Part shown: positions 45,377 to 55,642 of the stretch, piece after piece
Numbering within the stretch: the stretch's first letter is position 1
Layout: each line of letters starts with the position of its first letter
Origin: an uncultured Solirubrobacterales bacterium
Lineage (GTDB): Bacteria; Actinomycetota; Thermoleophilia; Solirubrobacterales; 70-9
Direction of reading: 5' to 3'
Assembly (NCBI GenBank): GCA_963714155.1
Contig: OY970236.1
Location: 1,028,028-1,092,027 of the forward strand
DNA: 64,000 bases
Notes under the pieces: generated by a model
Told to the model about the DNA's origin: nothing
Databases searched by the model: none
The model's input: only the letters and a program-made list of their open reading frames with translations
Program-made: the position numbers and the translations under genes

Positions 45377-46222
45377 ATGGACGTAGCGATCGGATTGCCA
45401 AACGCGGTGCCGGGTACGACCGGTGGCCAGCTCGTCGAGTGGGCGCGACGCGCCGACGCGCGGGGCTTCTCCAGCCTGGGGACGATCGATCGCATCGTCT
45501 ATGAGAACTACGAGCCGCTGACGGCGCTCGCCGCGGCGGCCGCAGTTACCGAGCGGATCGGGCTCTGCACCTCGGTGCTGCTCGCGCCACTGCACGTCAA
45601 CGCGGTCAAGCTGGCCAAGCAGGCCCTCAGCGTCCAGGCGCTCTCCGCGGGGCGCTTCACTCTGGGCGTCGGCCTCGGCGGTCGCGACGACGACTACGAG
45701 GTGAGCGATATCGAGCCCGTCGACCGTGGCCGGCGCTTGGACGAGATGCTGGAGAAAATCAAGCAGGTCTGGTCCGAGGGGGAGGTCGGTCCGACGGTCG
45801 CGGGGGTGCCCGAGCTGATCGTCGGCGGTCACGCCGATGCGTCCTTCGCCCGTGCGGCGCGCTTCGCCGACGGCTGGATCGCCGCGGGCTCGGGGCCGGA
45901 TCAGTTCGCCGCGGGCCTCGAGAAGACGAGGGCGGCTTGGTCGCAGGCCGGGAGAGAGGGGCAGCCCCACACCAAGGCGCTCGCCTATTTCTCGCTGGGA
46001 GATCGCGCCGAGGAGGAGGCGCGCGCCTATCTCAGCGACTACTACGCCTGGCTCGGTGAGGATATCGCCGGGTTCCTCATCGCCGGTGCCGCCAAGGACC
46101 CGGAGACCGTCAAGCAATACGTCGCGACCTACGAGGCCGCCGGCTGCGACGAGCTGATTCTCTGTCCCTGCTCGGGAGATCCCGATCAGGTCGACTTGCT
46201 CGCCGCCGCCGTCGGTCTTTGA
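45377..46222 (+). CDS. Luciferase-like monooxygenase (LLM) class, probable F420-dependent oxidoreductase
   Basis: 281 aa. It starts MDVAIGLPNAVPG, followed by ARGFSSLGTIDRIVY and LTALAAAAAVTERIGLCTSVLLAPL, matching my memory of the actinobacterial LLM/F420 family. Confidence 0.8.
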   Translation: MDVAIGLPNAVPGTTGGQLVEWARRADARGFSSLGTIDRIVYENYEPLTALAAAAAVTERIGLCTSVLLAPLHVNAVKLAKQALSVQALSAGRFTLGVGLGGRDDDYEVSDIEPVDRGRRLDEMLEKIKQVWSEGEVGPTVAGVPELIVGGHADASFARAARFADGWIAAGSGPDQFAAGLEKTRAAWSQAGREGQPHTKALAYFSLGDRAEEEARAYLSDYYAWLGEDIAGFLIAGAAKDPETVKQYVATYEAAGCDELILCPCSGDPDQVDLLAAAVGL

Positions 46223-46237
46223 GCCGCGGCGTCATGC

Positions 46238-46822
46238 TTGTCGGCGATGGCCGACGACCTGCCCGTACACCTCTTCGCCACTCGCCCTGATCTCGAGGCT
46301 TGGCTCGGGGAGAACCACGGCAGCTCGCCGGGAATCTGGCTGAAGATCGCCAAGAAGGGTTCCGGGGTTGAGAGCGTCGACTACGCCGAAGCATTGGAGC
46401 TGGCCCTCTGCTTCGGCTGGATCGACAGCCAGAAGCGGAGCTTTGACGAGAGCTTCTTCCTGCAGCGGTTCACGCCGCGACGGCCGCGCGGCAAGTGGTC
46501 GCAGATCAACCGCGCCAAGGCCGAGGAGCTGATTGCCGCCGGCGAGATGCGCCCCGCCGGTCGCGCCGAGGTCGAGGCGGCAAAAGCGGACGGTCGCTGG
46601 GATGCCGCCTACGCCGGCCAGCGCGCGGCCACTGTGCCCGACGACCTGCAGCGAGAGCTGGACCGCAATCAGGCCGCCCGGGACTTCTTCGCCAAGCTCG
46701 ACAGCGCCAACCGCTACGCGATCCTGTACAGGCTGCAGGAGGCGAAGAAGGCCGAGACGCGGGAGAGGCGGCTGCGAAAGTTCGTCGGCATGCTGGAGCG
46801 AGGGGAGAAGATCCATGGCTGA
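46238..46822 (+). CDS. YdeI/OmpD-associated family protein
   Basis: 194 aa. WLGENHGSSPGIWLKIAKKGSG, ALCFGWIDSQKRSFDE, FTPRRPRGKWSQIN and RYAILYRLQEAKKAETRERR form the family pattern. Confidence 0.7.
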   Translation: MSAMADDLPVHLFATRPDLEAWLGENHGSSPGIWLKIAKKGSGVESVDYAEALELALCFGWIDSQKRSFDESFFLQRFTPRRPRGKWSQINRAKAEELIAAGEMRPAGRAEVEAAKADGRWDAAYAGQRAATVPDDLQRELDRNQAARDFFAKLDSANRYAILYRLQEAKKAETRERRLRKFVGMLERGEKIHG

Positions 46823-48170
46823 GGCCGCGGTGAGCGCCGACGTCGCGGTTGTCGGCGCCGGCCTCTCCGGCCTGGCGGCAGCGCGTGCGCTTGTCGACGC
46901 CGGCCGTGAGGTGATTGTGCTCGAGGCCCGCGATCGGGTCGGTGGCCGCGTGCTCAACGCTTCGCTCGGGGACGGTGTTCAAGTCGACCTCGGCGGCCAG
47001 TGGGTCGGTTCCGACCACTCGCGAGTGCAGGGCCTCGCCGCCAAGCTCGGAATCGAGATGTTTCCCCAGTTCGGCGAGGGCAAGAACCTGCTCGATATTG
47101 GCGGTAGGCGGCGGCTCTACCGGGGCACGATCCCGCGCCTCGGCCCCCGGGTGCTCTGGGACATCTTCATCGCCAGGCGTCGCATCGGCCGGCTCGCCCG
47201 CGGGGTCGGCGCCGAGCAGCCTTGGGCGGCGGAGGGGGCGGCCGAGCTGGACGGCCAGACGCTCGCCGATTGGTGCGCGGCCAACGTGCGGACCCCGATC
47301 GCCCGTGAGCTGATCGGCCTCGCCGGGCGGACGATCTGGGGCGCCGGGCCCGAGCAGCTCTCGATGCTTCACGTCCTCTTCTACGTCAGCGCCGCGGGCG
47401 GCTTCGACAAGCTGATCGACACCGAGGGAGGAGCGCAGCAGGACCGCCTCCAAGGCGGTGCGCAGGGGCTGGCCCTCGGCCTCGCCGCATCGCTCGGCGA
47501 GCACCTTCGGCTCGCTGCCCCGGTACGGCGGATCGAGCAGCGTGGCGAGTCGGTGAGGGTCATCGCCGACGGCCTGGAGGTCGAAGCGGGTGCGGCGATT
47601 GTGGCCACGCCACCCGCGATCGCCGCCCGAATTGAGTTCGACCCGGTGCTGCCGAAGCTGCGCAGCCGCCTTGCCGAGCGCTTCCAGCCGGGCAGGCTGA
47701 ATAAGTGCATCGCGCTTTACGAGACTCCATTTTGGCGGCAGCAGGGACTCAGTGGCGAGTCGGTGACCGACGCCGGGCCGGTGACCCTGACCTTCGATTG
47801 CTCGCCGCGCGATGGCGCCTCCGGTGTGATCCTCGGCTTCGTCGGGGGTCCCGAGGCGGAGGAGATGGAAGCGATGTCAGCGCCGCCGCGTCGCGCCGCG
47901 GTGCTGGCCTGTTTCGAGAAGCTCTTTGGCCCCGACGCCGGGCACCCGGTCGACTACGCCGAACAGGAGTGGTCGGCCGAGCAGTGGTCCGGCGGTGGAC
48001 CGACCTCCAACTTCGGGCCGGGTGGATGGAGCGAGTGCGGACCGGCCCTGCGCGAGCCGGTAGGCCGAATCCATTGGGCGGGCACCGAGACGGCAACCAT
48101 CTGGAGCGGCTACATGGAGGGCGCCCTGCAGGCCGGCGAGCGCGCCGCGGCCGAAGTCGTCGCGCTCTAG
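46815..48170 (+). CDS. Flavin-dependent amine oxidase (monoamine oxidase family)
   Basis: The ATG at 46815 (MAEAAVSADVAVVGAGLSGLAAARAL...VLEARDRVGGRV) overlaps the ydeI-like stop by 8 nt. The track start at 46533 is an artefactual extension. The C-terminal WAGTETAT motif is present. Confidence 0.85.
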   Translation: MAEAAVSADVAVVGAGLSGLAAARALVDAGREVIVLEARDRVGGRVLNASLGDGVQVDLGGQWVGSDHSRVQGLAAKLGIEMFPQFGEGKNLLDIGGRRRLYRGTIPRLGPRVLWDIFIARRRIGRLARGVGAEQPWAAEGAAELDGQTLADWCAANVRTPIARELIGLAGRTIWGAGPEQLSMLHVLFYVSAAGGFDKLIDTEGGAQQDRLQGGAQGLALGLAASLGEHLRLAAPVRRIEQRGESVRVIADGLEVEAGAAIVATPPAIAARIEFDPVLPKLRSRLAERFQPGRLNKCIALYETPFWRQQGLSGESVTDAGPVTLTFDCSPRDGASGVILGFVGGPEAEEMEAMSAPPRRAAVLACFEKLFGPDAGHPVDYAEQEWSAEQWSGGGPTSNFGPGGWSECGPALREPVGRIHWAGTETATIWSGYMEGALQAGERAAAEVVAL

Positions 48171-48228
48171 CCCGCTCGATCGCGGATCTGCCCCCTTCTC
48201 CACGGCTCAGCGTCCGTACACTCGGCCC

Positions 48229-49209
<981 letters not shown>

Positions 49210-49241
49210 CTGGCTAGTCAGCCAACTACTATGCGCCCCCG

Positions 49242-50684
49242 ATGAGCACAAAGGCCCCCTCCCGCCGGGTCCCGCCGCCGAAGCAGCTCAGCGCCAACCC
49301 GGTCGTACGCGTGCTCGATGATGTTTGGGCCGAGGCCCGCGTGCGCCGTCGCGGTGACTACCCACCCGGCCCGCAGCAGTTCAGCTTCCCCCGGACCCTG
49401 CAGGCGGCCCGCGATCCGCTGCCGCTGCTGCTCTCCCTCTACGAGGAGCACGGGCCGATCTTCAGCGTCCGCCTCCTGCACAGCCCGGTGATCTTCATGC
49501 TTGGCCCGGAGGCCAACCACTTCGTCACCGTCGCCCACCCGGAGAACTTCCACTGGCGCGAGTCGAGCTTCGGCGACTTGATCCCGCTGCTCGGCGACGG
49601 CCTGCTGACGATCGACGACGCCTACCACGACCGCGCCCGCGAGATCATGATGCCGGCCTTCCACCGCGAGCAGGTGGCCGCCTCGGTGGAGTCGATGGTC
49701 GCCGAGGCGACGCCCGCGATCGAGCGGCTTCACAGCGGCGATGTGGTCGATGTCTACGAGTGGATGCGCGGGCTGGCGATGCGGATCGCGATGCGAGCGC
49801 TGCTCGGCCTCGATCCCGACGAGGCCGGCAAGGGCGCCGCCGCAGCCGAGCACTTCGAGCGGGCGCTCGGCTTCTACGGCACCGACTTCCACCTGCGCTT
49901 GCTGCGCGGCCCCGGCTCGCCCTGGTCGAAGATGACGCGCTCGCGCGCCGTCCTGGACGGGATCGTCTACGACGAGATCGCCCAGCGTCGCGCTACTCCC
50001 GACGAGACCAAAATGGACATCCTCAGCCTCCTGGTCGGCGTCCGCGACGAGGCGGGGGAGGGGTTTACCGACAAGGAGATCCGCGATCAGGTGATGACGC
50101 TGATGTTCGCCGGGCACGACACCTCGACCTCGACCCTGACCTTCATGATGCACGAGCTGGCGCGCCACCCAGACGTGCTCGCCAAGCTCTGCGCCGAGCA
50201 GGACGAGGTGCTCGGCGGCGAGGTCCCCGATATCGACAAGCTCGAGCGCGAGATGCCCTATCTGGACATGGTGCTCGACGAGGTGCTGCGCCTCTATCCG
50301 CCGGCTTGGATCGGCCCGCGCCGGGCGGTGCGCGATTTCGAGTTCGGCGGTCACAGCGTCGCCCGCGGTGCCTACGTCAACTACTGCTCCTGGGCCAGCC
50401 ACCGCCTGCCCGAGGTCTTCCCCGAGCCGGAGGCGTTCATCCCGGAGCGCTTCACCCGCGAGCGCAAGGCGGCGCTGCCGCGCGGCGCCTACGTGCCGTT
50501 CGGCGGCGGGCGGCGGATCTGCATCGGCAAGCGCTTCGGCCAGACCGAGGTGAAGCTGGTGGCGACGATGCTGCTGCAACGACTGCGGCTCGACGCGATG
50601 CCGGGCCGGACGATGACCGTGCGCCAGATGCCGACCCTCTCGCCGCGGGGTGGCCTGCAGATGCGGGTGCTGCCGCGTCAGTAG
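49242..50684 (+). CDS. Cytochrome P450
   Basis: 480 aa. The I-helix is FAGHDTST, the ExxR is LDEVLRLYPP, and the heme loop is FGGGRRICIGKRFG. Confidence 0.92.
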   Translation: MSTKAPSRRVPPPKQLSANPVVRVLDDVWAEARVRRRGDYPPGPQQFSFPRTLQAARDPLPLLLSLYEEHGPIFSVRLLHSPVIFMLGPEANHFVTVAHPENFHWRESSFGDLIPLLGDGLLTIDDAYHDRAREIMMPAFHREQVAASVESMVAEATPAIERLHSGDVVDVYEWMRGLAMRIAMRALLGLDPDEAGKGAAAAEHFERALGFYGTDFHLRLLRGPGSPWSKMTRSRAVLDGIVYDEIAQRRATPDETKMDILSLLVGVRDEAGEGFTDKEIRDQVMTLMFAGHDTSTSTLTFMMHELARHPDVLAKLCAEQDEVLGGEVPDIDKLEREMPYLDMVLDEVLRLYPPAWIGPRRAVRDFEFGGHSVARGAYVNYCSWASHRLPEVFPEPEAFIPERFTRERKAALPRGAYVPFGGGRRICIGKRFGQTEVKLVATMLLQRLRLDAMPGRTMTVRQMPTLSPRGGLQMRVLPRQ

Positions 50685-50696
50685 CCTGCCCGCAGG

Positions 50697-51934
50697 ATGC
50701 GGGCGCTGGTCATCTCCGACACCCACTTTGGTGCCTGGACCGGGCGGGACTTGCTGCGCGAGGAGTTCTTCCTCGAGCGCCTCGCGCCCCAGCTCGACGG
50801 CATCGACGAGCTGATCTTCCTCGGCGACCTCTTCGACTTCCTCTTCGGCTCAGTCGGCGACGCGGTCGACGCGGCCGGCGGCCTGCTCGACCTGATCGCC
50901 GCCAACATGACCGGCAAGCGGCTCGTCTTCCTCGCCGGCAACCACGACCACCACCTCGTCCACCGCGATGTCGAGAACCGGCTCGAGGCGCAGCTGGCGG
51001 CGGGGAGAGCACCTTTGCTGAGTGGAGAGCCGCCCCTCGACTCGGCTGCGCCGGGCCCCGGCTTCTTCCGCTCCTTTCTCGCCCGCCGGCTGCCCGGCGT
51101 GGAGATCGAGATCGCCTACCCGACCTACAGCTTCGGCGGCGTGCTCTGCACGCACGGGCATTACCTCGACCCGCACGCCCGGCTCAGCGGTTCGCGCGGT
51201 GACCGCCTGCTCACCCGGGTGCTCTGGGGCATCGCCACCGGCGGGCCCGAGGACCCGAAGACGATCGAGGACTACGAGTCGACGATCCCCTGCTGACCGA
51301 GTGGCTCTACATCGCCGCCCAGATGCCGCACGGCACCCACGCTCAGCAGAACGTCTTCCGCGCCGTGCAGCGGGCGGGGCGGCTGGCCTCGACGCTCGGC
51401 CTGCCGGTGCGGGGGGTCAAGCGGCTTGCCGCAGAGCTGCGCGACCGCGGGGTCGGCGACGAGGCGGCACTCGCCCTGCCCAGCGAGCGGCACTTCGACG
51501 CGGTGGTCGAGGCCGAGGCGGCGCGCCAGCGCCGCGAGCAGCCGGCGCCGCAAGCGGCCTGGCCGCACCCCGCCTACCCGGCCGCCTCGGTGATCTCCCC
51601 GAGTGACCCCTCCGGGCACGCGCTCGAGGCCTTCGCCAAGGTGACGGCGAACCTCGGCTGGGACAAGCGGGCGGAGCGAGTCGTTTTCGCCCACACGCAT
51701 CAGCCCTTGGCGGACGTGCGTTGCGGCAACGGCTCGCGCACGCGCTACTGGAACACCGGCTCCTGGATCTACGAGCCCGACCTCGCCTCGCGCCAGGCCT
51801 ACGGTCGCTACCTGCGCTACGCCTGGCCCGGCACGGCGGTAGTGATCGACGACGAAGAGCCCGAGCCGCGCCTGCTCGAGCTCCTCGCCGACCTCAACCC
51901 GCTTCAGGGTGGGTCTGGGCTACCCGTCCACTGA
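50697..51934 (+). pseudogene. Calcineurin-like metallophosphoesterase interrupted by a frameshift (two ORFs, 50697-51296 and 51323-51934)
   Basis: ORF1 carries motifs I-IV (ISDTHFG, LGDLFD, AGNHDHH, CTHGH). The last motif (FAHTHQP, GHxH-type) is in ORF2, in a different frame. The ORF2 frame is open upstream across the ORF1 stop (…DPLLTEWLYIAAQMPHG). Confidence 0.6.
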
Positions 51935-51998
51935 CCCCGGTTACGGGTTGGTCTGATTTAGAGCGGGTACGGGTCGGGCGAACCCGATCCAAGGAGGG

Positions 51999-52607
51999 AT
52001 GATGCGCAACTCGTCAATTTCGCCACCCCGTGCCCTGCGGGTAATCGTTGCCGCACTGGTAGCTGTTCTCGGTATCGCCGCGGTCGCCATGGCCGCCGGC
52101 GGAGCTTCCAGCTCGAAGGCCGGCAAAGTCAAGGTCAAGTGCCCGGCCAGGGTTCTGGCGGGCCAGGGCAAGGTGACCTGCCGCCTCTTCGGCCGCTTGC
52201 CAGCGGGTCCGCAGGGCCCGCAGGGCTCCAAAGGGCCGAAGGGCTCCCGGGGCGACAAAGGCCAGAAAGGCGAGAAGGGCGACAAAGGCGCCCCTGGCGC
52301 AGCGGGTGTCTCAGGCTACGAGGTCGTCAACCAGACCTTCAAAGAAGTCTTCATCGAGAACAGCGGCGGCATGCGCGGCCTCAGCGAAGTCAAGACGGTC
52401 GCCTGCCCCGCCGGCAAGCGCGCAATCAGCGGCGGCACCGACCTTGGCACCAACGTAGGACAGAACGGTCAACAGCGTCAGGTCACGGTCTCGCTAAGCG
52501 CCCCGAACGGAACCGGCACTGCCTGGTCCGTCCAACTGTTCAACAACTCAACCTCGGTCGACACCTCAATCGACCTGAGGGTCTACGCAGTCTGCGCCAG
52601 CGTCTGA
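51999..52607 (+). CDS. Secreted collagen-like (Gly-X-Y) repeat protein with a C-terminal globular domain
   Basis: 202 aa with signal peptide RVIVAALVAVLGIAAVAMA. Twelve uninterrupted G-X-Y triplets (GPQGPQGSKGPKGSRGDKGQKGEKGDKGAPGAAGVSG) are encoded at 52206-52316. Cys pairs flank the stalk. A strong SD (aaggaggg) is present. Confidence 0.75.
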   Translation: MMRNSSISPPRALRVIVAALVAVLGIAAVAMAAGGASSSKAGKVKVKCPARVLAGQGKVTCRLFGRLPAGPQGPQGSKGPKGSRGDKGQKGEKGDKGAPGAAGVSGYEVVNQTFKEVFIENSGGMRGLSEVKTVACPAGKRAISGGTDLGTNVGQNGQQRQVTVSLSAPNGTGTAWSVQLFNNSTSVDTSIDLRVYAVCASV

Positions 52608-52765
52608 AGCGTCAGTGCTGCCCGTGGGTGAAGCTCAGCCGCAAGCGCTTCTCCCGCGGGTGGCGCGGTGGCGGGGGTCCCCCATAGCGCAGGATGCCGG
52701 AGGCATCCGAGCACATGGGGGAGGGCCGCCGCGACAGGACCCGCGGGCCGAAACGCACAGCGGCG

Positions 52766-54916
52766 CTACTTGATGAAGAGCATCTCCTCGTACTTGGGCA
52801 GCGGCCAGAGGTCGTCAGCGACGACCTTCTCCAGCTTGTCGGCGGCCTCGCGCACCGTGCCGCTCTTGGCCAGCTGCTCATCGCGGGCGAACAGTGCCAG
52901 CTCGAGGCCCTCCAGCTCGGTCGGCTCGGCGTTGGCCGTCTCCAGCGCGTCGAGCGCGGTCGAGAGCTCCTCGACCAGGCCGCGGACCTCGCCTTCGAGG
53001 CTGGCGACACCGGCCTCGGAGATCAGCGCCAGGTGGCGCAGTGCCGCCGGCAGCAGCATCGTCTTGGCGATCGAGAACGTTGTCTCGGCCTCGATGTTGG
53101 CGCGCAGGGCGTACTGCTCGACCCAGACCTCGAAGCGGGACTCCAGCTCCCTTTTTGAGAGCACGCTGTATTTCTCGAAGGCGGTGACCGAGTCGTCGGC
53201 CATCACCTCGAGCAGCGCGTCCGGCGTGGTTTTCAGGTTCTTCAGTCCGCGCTGCTCGGCCTCGGCGTGCCACTCCTCCGAGTAGTTGTCGCCACTGAAG
53301 CAGATCTGCTTGCTGCCGACGTAGGTCTCCTTGACCACCTCGATAGCCGCCTCGGCAGCGTCCATGCCGCCGCCGATCTTTGCCTCCAGCTTGTCGGACA
53401 TCTCGTCGATCGCCTCGGCGACGATCGTGTTCAGCACCGTGTTGGGGAAGGCGAGCGACATGCTCGATCCCAGCGCCCGGAACTCGAACTTGTTGCCGGT
53501 GAAGGCGAAAGGTGAGGTGCGGTTGCGATCGCCGCCGTCCTTGGGCAGCGGCGGTAGCACCGTCGCCCCCAGGTCGAGGAAGGAGGCGGGCGTGTGGGGA
53601 TCGCCCTCGCCGCTCGCGATCGCCTCGAAGACCTTGTCCAGTTCGGCGCCGAGAAAGATCGAGATGATCGCCGGCGGTGCCTCGTTGGCTCCGAGGCGAT
53701 GATCCTGGCCGATATTCGCGGCCGAGGCGCGCAGCAGCCCCTGGTGCTTGTTGACCGCCTGGATCACCGCCGCGCAGAAGAAGAGGAAGTGAACGTTGTC
53801 AGCGGGGGTATCGCCCGGGTTGAGCAGGTTGCTGCCCGTGTCCGTGCTCATCGACCAGTTGTTGTGCTTGCCCGAGCCGTTGACGCCGGCGAAGGGCTTC
53901 TCGTGCAGCAGGCAGACCAGGCCGTAGCGGCGGGAGACGTTTTCGAGCACCCGCATCAGCAGCTGCTGATGGTCGGAGCCGACGTTGGAGTTCTCGAACA
54001 TCGGCGCGATCTCGTACTGCGCCGGGGCGACCTCGTTGTGACGGGTCTTGACCGGGATGCCGAGCTTGCGCATCTCCAGCTCGGACTCGAGCATGAAGGC
54101 GAGCACCCGCTCGGGGATCGTGCCGAAGTAGTGGTCGTCGAGTTCCTGGCCCTTCGGCGGCTTGGCGCCGAAGAGGGTGCGGCCGGTGGAGACCAGGTCG
54201 GGGCGCTCGAAGAAGTACTGCTCGTCGATCAGGAAGTACTCCTGCTCGGGCCCGACCGTGGTGAAGACCCGTTTGCTCTCCGTGTCGCCGAGCAGCCCAA
54301 GGGCCCTGATCGCCGAGCCCGAGAGCGCGTCCATCGAGCGCAGCAGCGGGATCTTGGCGTCGAGCGCCTCGCCGGTCCAGGAGGCGAAGGCGGTCGGGAT
54401 GCAGAGCAGCGAGCCGTTCGGGTTCTCGAGGATGAAAGCGGGGCTGGTTGGGTCCCAGGCGGTGTAGCCGCGGGCCTCGAAGGTTTCGCGCACGCCGCCG
54501 GTTGGGAAGGAGGAGGCGTCCGGCTCGCCCTGGATCAGCTCTTTGCCGGAGAAGCCGGCCAATGCCTTGCCTTCGCTGCCGGCCGGCTCGAAGAAGGAGT
54601 CGTGCTTCTCGGCGGTGGAGCCGGTGAGTGGCTGGAAGACGTGAGTGAAGTGGGTGGCGCCCTTCTCCAGGGCCCAGTCCTTCATCGCCGAGGCGACGGC
54701 GTCGGCGGTATCCCGATCGATTGCCTCGCCGGCTTCGAGGTTGGCCTGCAGCTTCTCGAAGACGTCGCTGGGCAGGCGTTCGCGCTGGACGGAGACGGAG
54801 AAGACGTTGGCGCCGAAAGCTTCGTTCTCGGGCAGGGTCAGGTCGATAGCGCCTATGGCCCCTCCGTTGGCGCTCCACTGGGCTGCGGTCACGTTCTGCT
54901 GGCGGATACGGGTCAT
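52766..54916 (-). CDS. glnN: Glutamine synthetase type III
   Basis: 716 aa. [33 protein letters not shown] and [10 protein letters not shown] match the size and motifs of GSIII (GlnN). Confidence 0.93.
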   Translation of the reverse strand: MTRIRQQNVTAAQWSANGGAIGAIDLTLPENEAFGANVFSVSVQRERLPSDVFEKLQANLEAGEAIDRDTADAVASAMKDWALEKGATHFTHVFQPLTGSTAEKHDSFFEPAGSEGKALAGFSGKELIQGEPDASSFPTGGVRETFEARGYTAWDPTSPAFILENPNGSLLCIPTAFASWTGEALDAKIPLLRSMDALSGSAIRALGLLGDTESKRVFTTVGPEQEYFLIDEQYFFERPDLVSTGRTLFGAKPPKGQELDDHYFGTIPERVLAFMLESELEMRKLGIPVKTRHNEVAPAQYEIAPMFENSNVGSDHQQLLMRVLENVSRRYGLVCLLHEKPFAGVNGSGKHNNWSMSTDTGSNLLNPGDTPADNVHFLFFCAAVIQAVNKHQGLLRASAANIGQDHRLGANEAPPAIISIFLGAELDKVFEAIASGEGDPHTPASFLDLGATVLPPLPKDGGDRNRTSPFAFTGNKFEFRALGSSMSLAFPNTVLNTIVAEAIDEMSDKLEAKIGGGMDAAEAAIEVVKETYVGSKQICFSGDNYSEEWHAEAEQRGLKNLKTTPDALLEVMADDSVTAFEKYSVLSKRELESRFEVWVEQYALRANIEAETTFSIAKTMLLPAALRHLALISEAGVASLEGEVRGLVEELSTALDALETANAEPTELEGLELALFARDEQLAKSGTVREAADKLEKVVADDLWPLPKYEEMLFIK

Positions 54917-55027
54917 CGCTCTAGTCGTCCCTCGCTTGGCGTCGCGCCCGGTCGGCAGGCACGGTCGGTTACCGGTCTACTCCCTTTACAAGAGCCAAAA
55001 GAGCCTAATACCCATGGCTCAAAGATG

Positions 55028-55069
55028 CCTTTGTACTCGGGTACAAGGATCGCTGAGGCGCCTTGTACC
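55028..55069 (-). terminator. Three-element hairpin region downstream of the NlpC/P60 gene and upstream of glnN (mutually exclusive stems)
   Basis: On the + strand: CCTTTGTAC (55028-36), GGTACAAGG (55040-48), CCTTGTACC (55061-69). The middle element pairs perfectly (9 bp) with the third, or with one bulge with the first. On the - strand the promoter-distal stem is followed by CAUCUUU (a weak U-tract). Confidence 0.4.
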
Positions 55070-55089
55070 GGCTGTCGGCGCCGGGGCCC

Positions 55090-55608
55090 TTAGGCGCCGA
55101 AGGGAGCGGCGGCCAGCAGGCCGAGCGGGTGGCGCAGGCGAAAGCCACCGCTCGAGCGCATGTATTCGCTCCAGCCGGGGCCGGTGCGGTCGCCGTCGTC
55201 GGTCATCGAAGTGTCCCAGCGCAGGCCGGCGATGACGGCGAAGACGTGCTCGTGGTTGGCGTAGACCCGCACCCAGCTGCCGGCGCCGCCACCGCCCCAG
55301 CGCATGAAGCCGGTTGAGTCGAGCGGCGATTCGAGCAGGCCGGCGGCGTGCAGGACGTAGCTGACCGAGCCCGAGCAGTCATAGCCGGCCGAGTCCCAGG
55401 CGCGGTGCCCGCCGCCCCAGCGGTAGGGACGGTGACTGATCCGGTTGGCGGCTTCGATCATCGCCTCGACCGCGGGTGGCGCCGAGGCCGGGGCCACGGC
55501 GCGGCCGCTGGGCAGCAGGGTCGCCTGCGGCACGGCAGCGCCGGCGCTCGACGCAACCGCCACCGAACACGCACAAACCGCAAGCAGAATCGTCCCCCGC
55601 CTCAGCAT
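55090..55608 (-). CDS. NlpC/P60 (C40) family cell-wall peptidase, secreted
   Basis: 172 aa with signal peptide ILLAVCACSVAVASSAGA. The core YRWGGGHRAWDSAGYDCSGSVSYVLH holds the catalytic Cys, followed by HVFAVIAG (His). Confidence 0.75.
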   Translation of the reverse strand: MLRRGTILLAVCACSVAVASSAGAAVPQATLLPSGRAVAPASAPPAVEAMIEAANRISHRPYRWGGGHRAWDSAGYDCSGSVSYVLHAAGLLESPLDSTGFMRWGGGGAGSWVRVYANHEHVFAVIAGLRWDTSMTDDGDRTGPGWSEYMRSSGGFRLRHPLGLLAAAPFGA

Positions 55609-55642
55609 GAAGTCCCTCTATCGGCAGCCCGATCAGGAGGCT

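Noticed and set aside
50688-50704. 7-bp hairpin gcccgca-gga-tgcgggc enclosing the metallophosphoesterase start codon
   Set aside because: Short GC-rich stems like this are frequent in this DNA, and nothing suggests it has a function.
49218-50726. 502-aa - strand ORF opposite the P450 gene; likewise 57972..59876 opposite the FadB-like gene and 35994..37493 opposite typA
   Set aside because: They are antisense artefacts. The sense strands carry diagnostic motifs: the heme loop, the Rossmann and crotonase motifs, and the GTPase G1-G4 motifs.
52206-52316. 9-nt periodic DNA repeats that could be flagged as a tandem or CRISPR-like repeat
   Set aside because: The periodicity comes from Gly-X-Y codons inside a well-supported ORF. 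There is no repeat-spacer organisation.
55609-55642. Possible c-di-AMP (ydaO-type) riboswitch upstream of the NlpC/P60 gene, as is common in actinobacteria
   Set aside because: Only 34 nt separate this gene from the preceding TetR gene, which leaves no room for the element.
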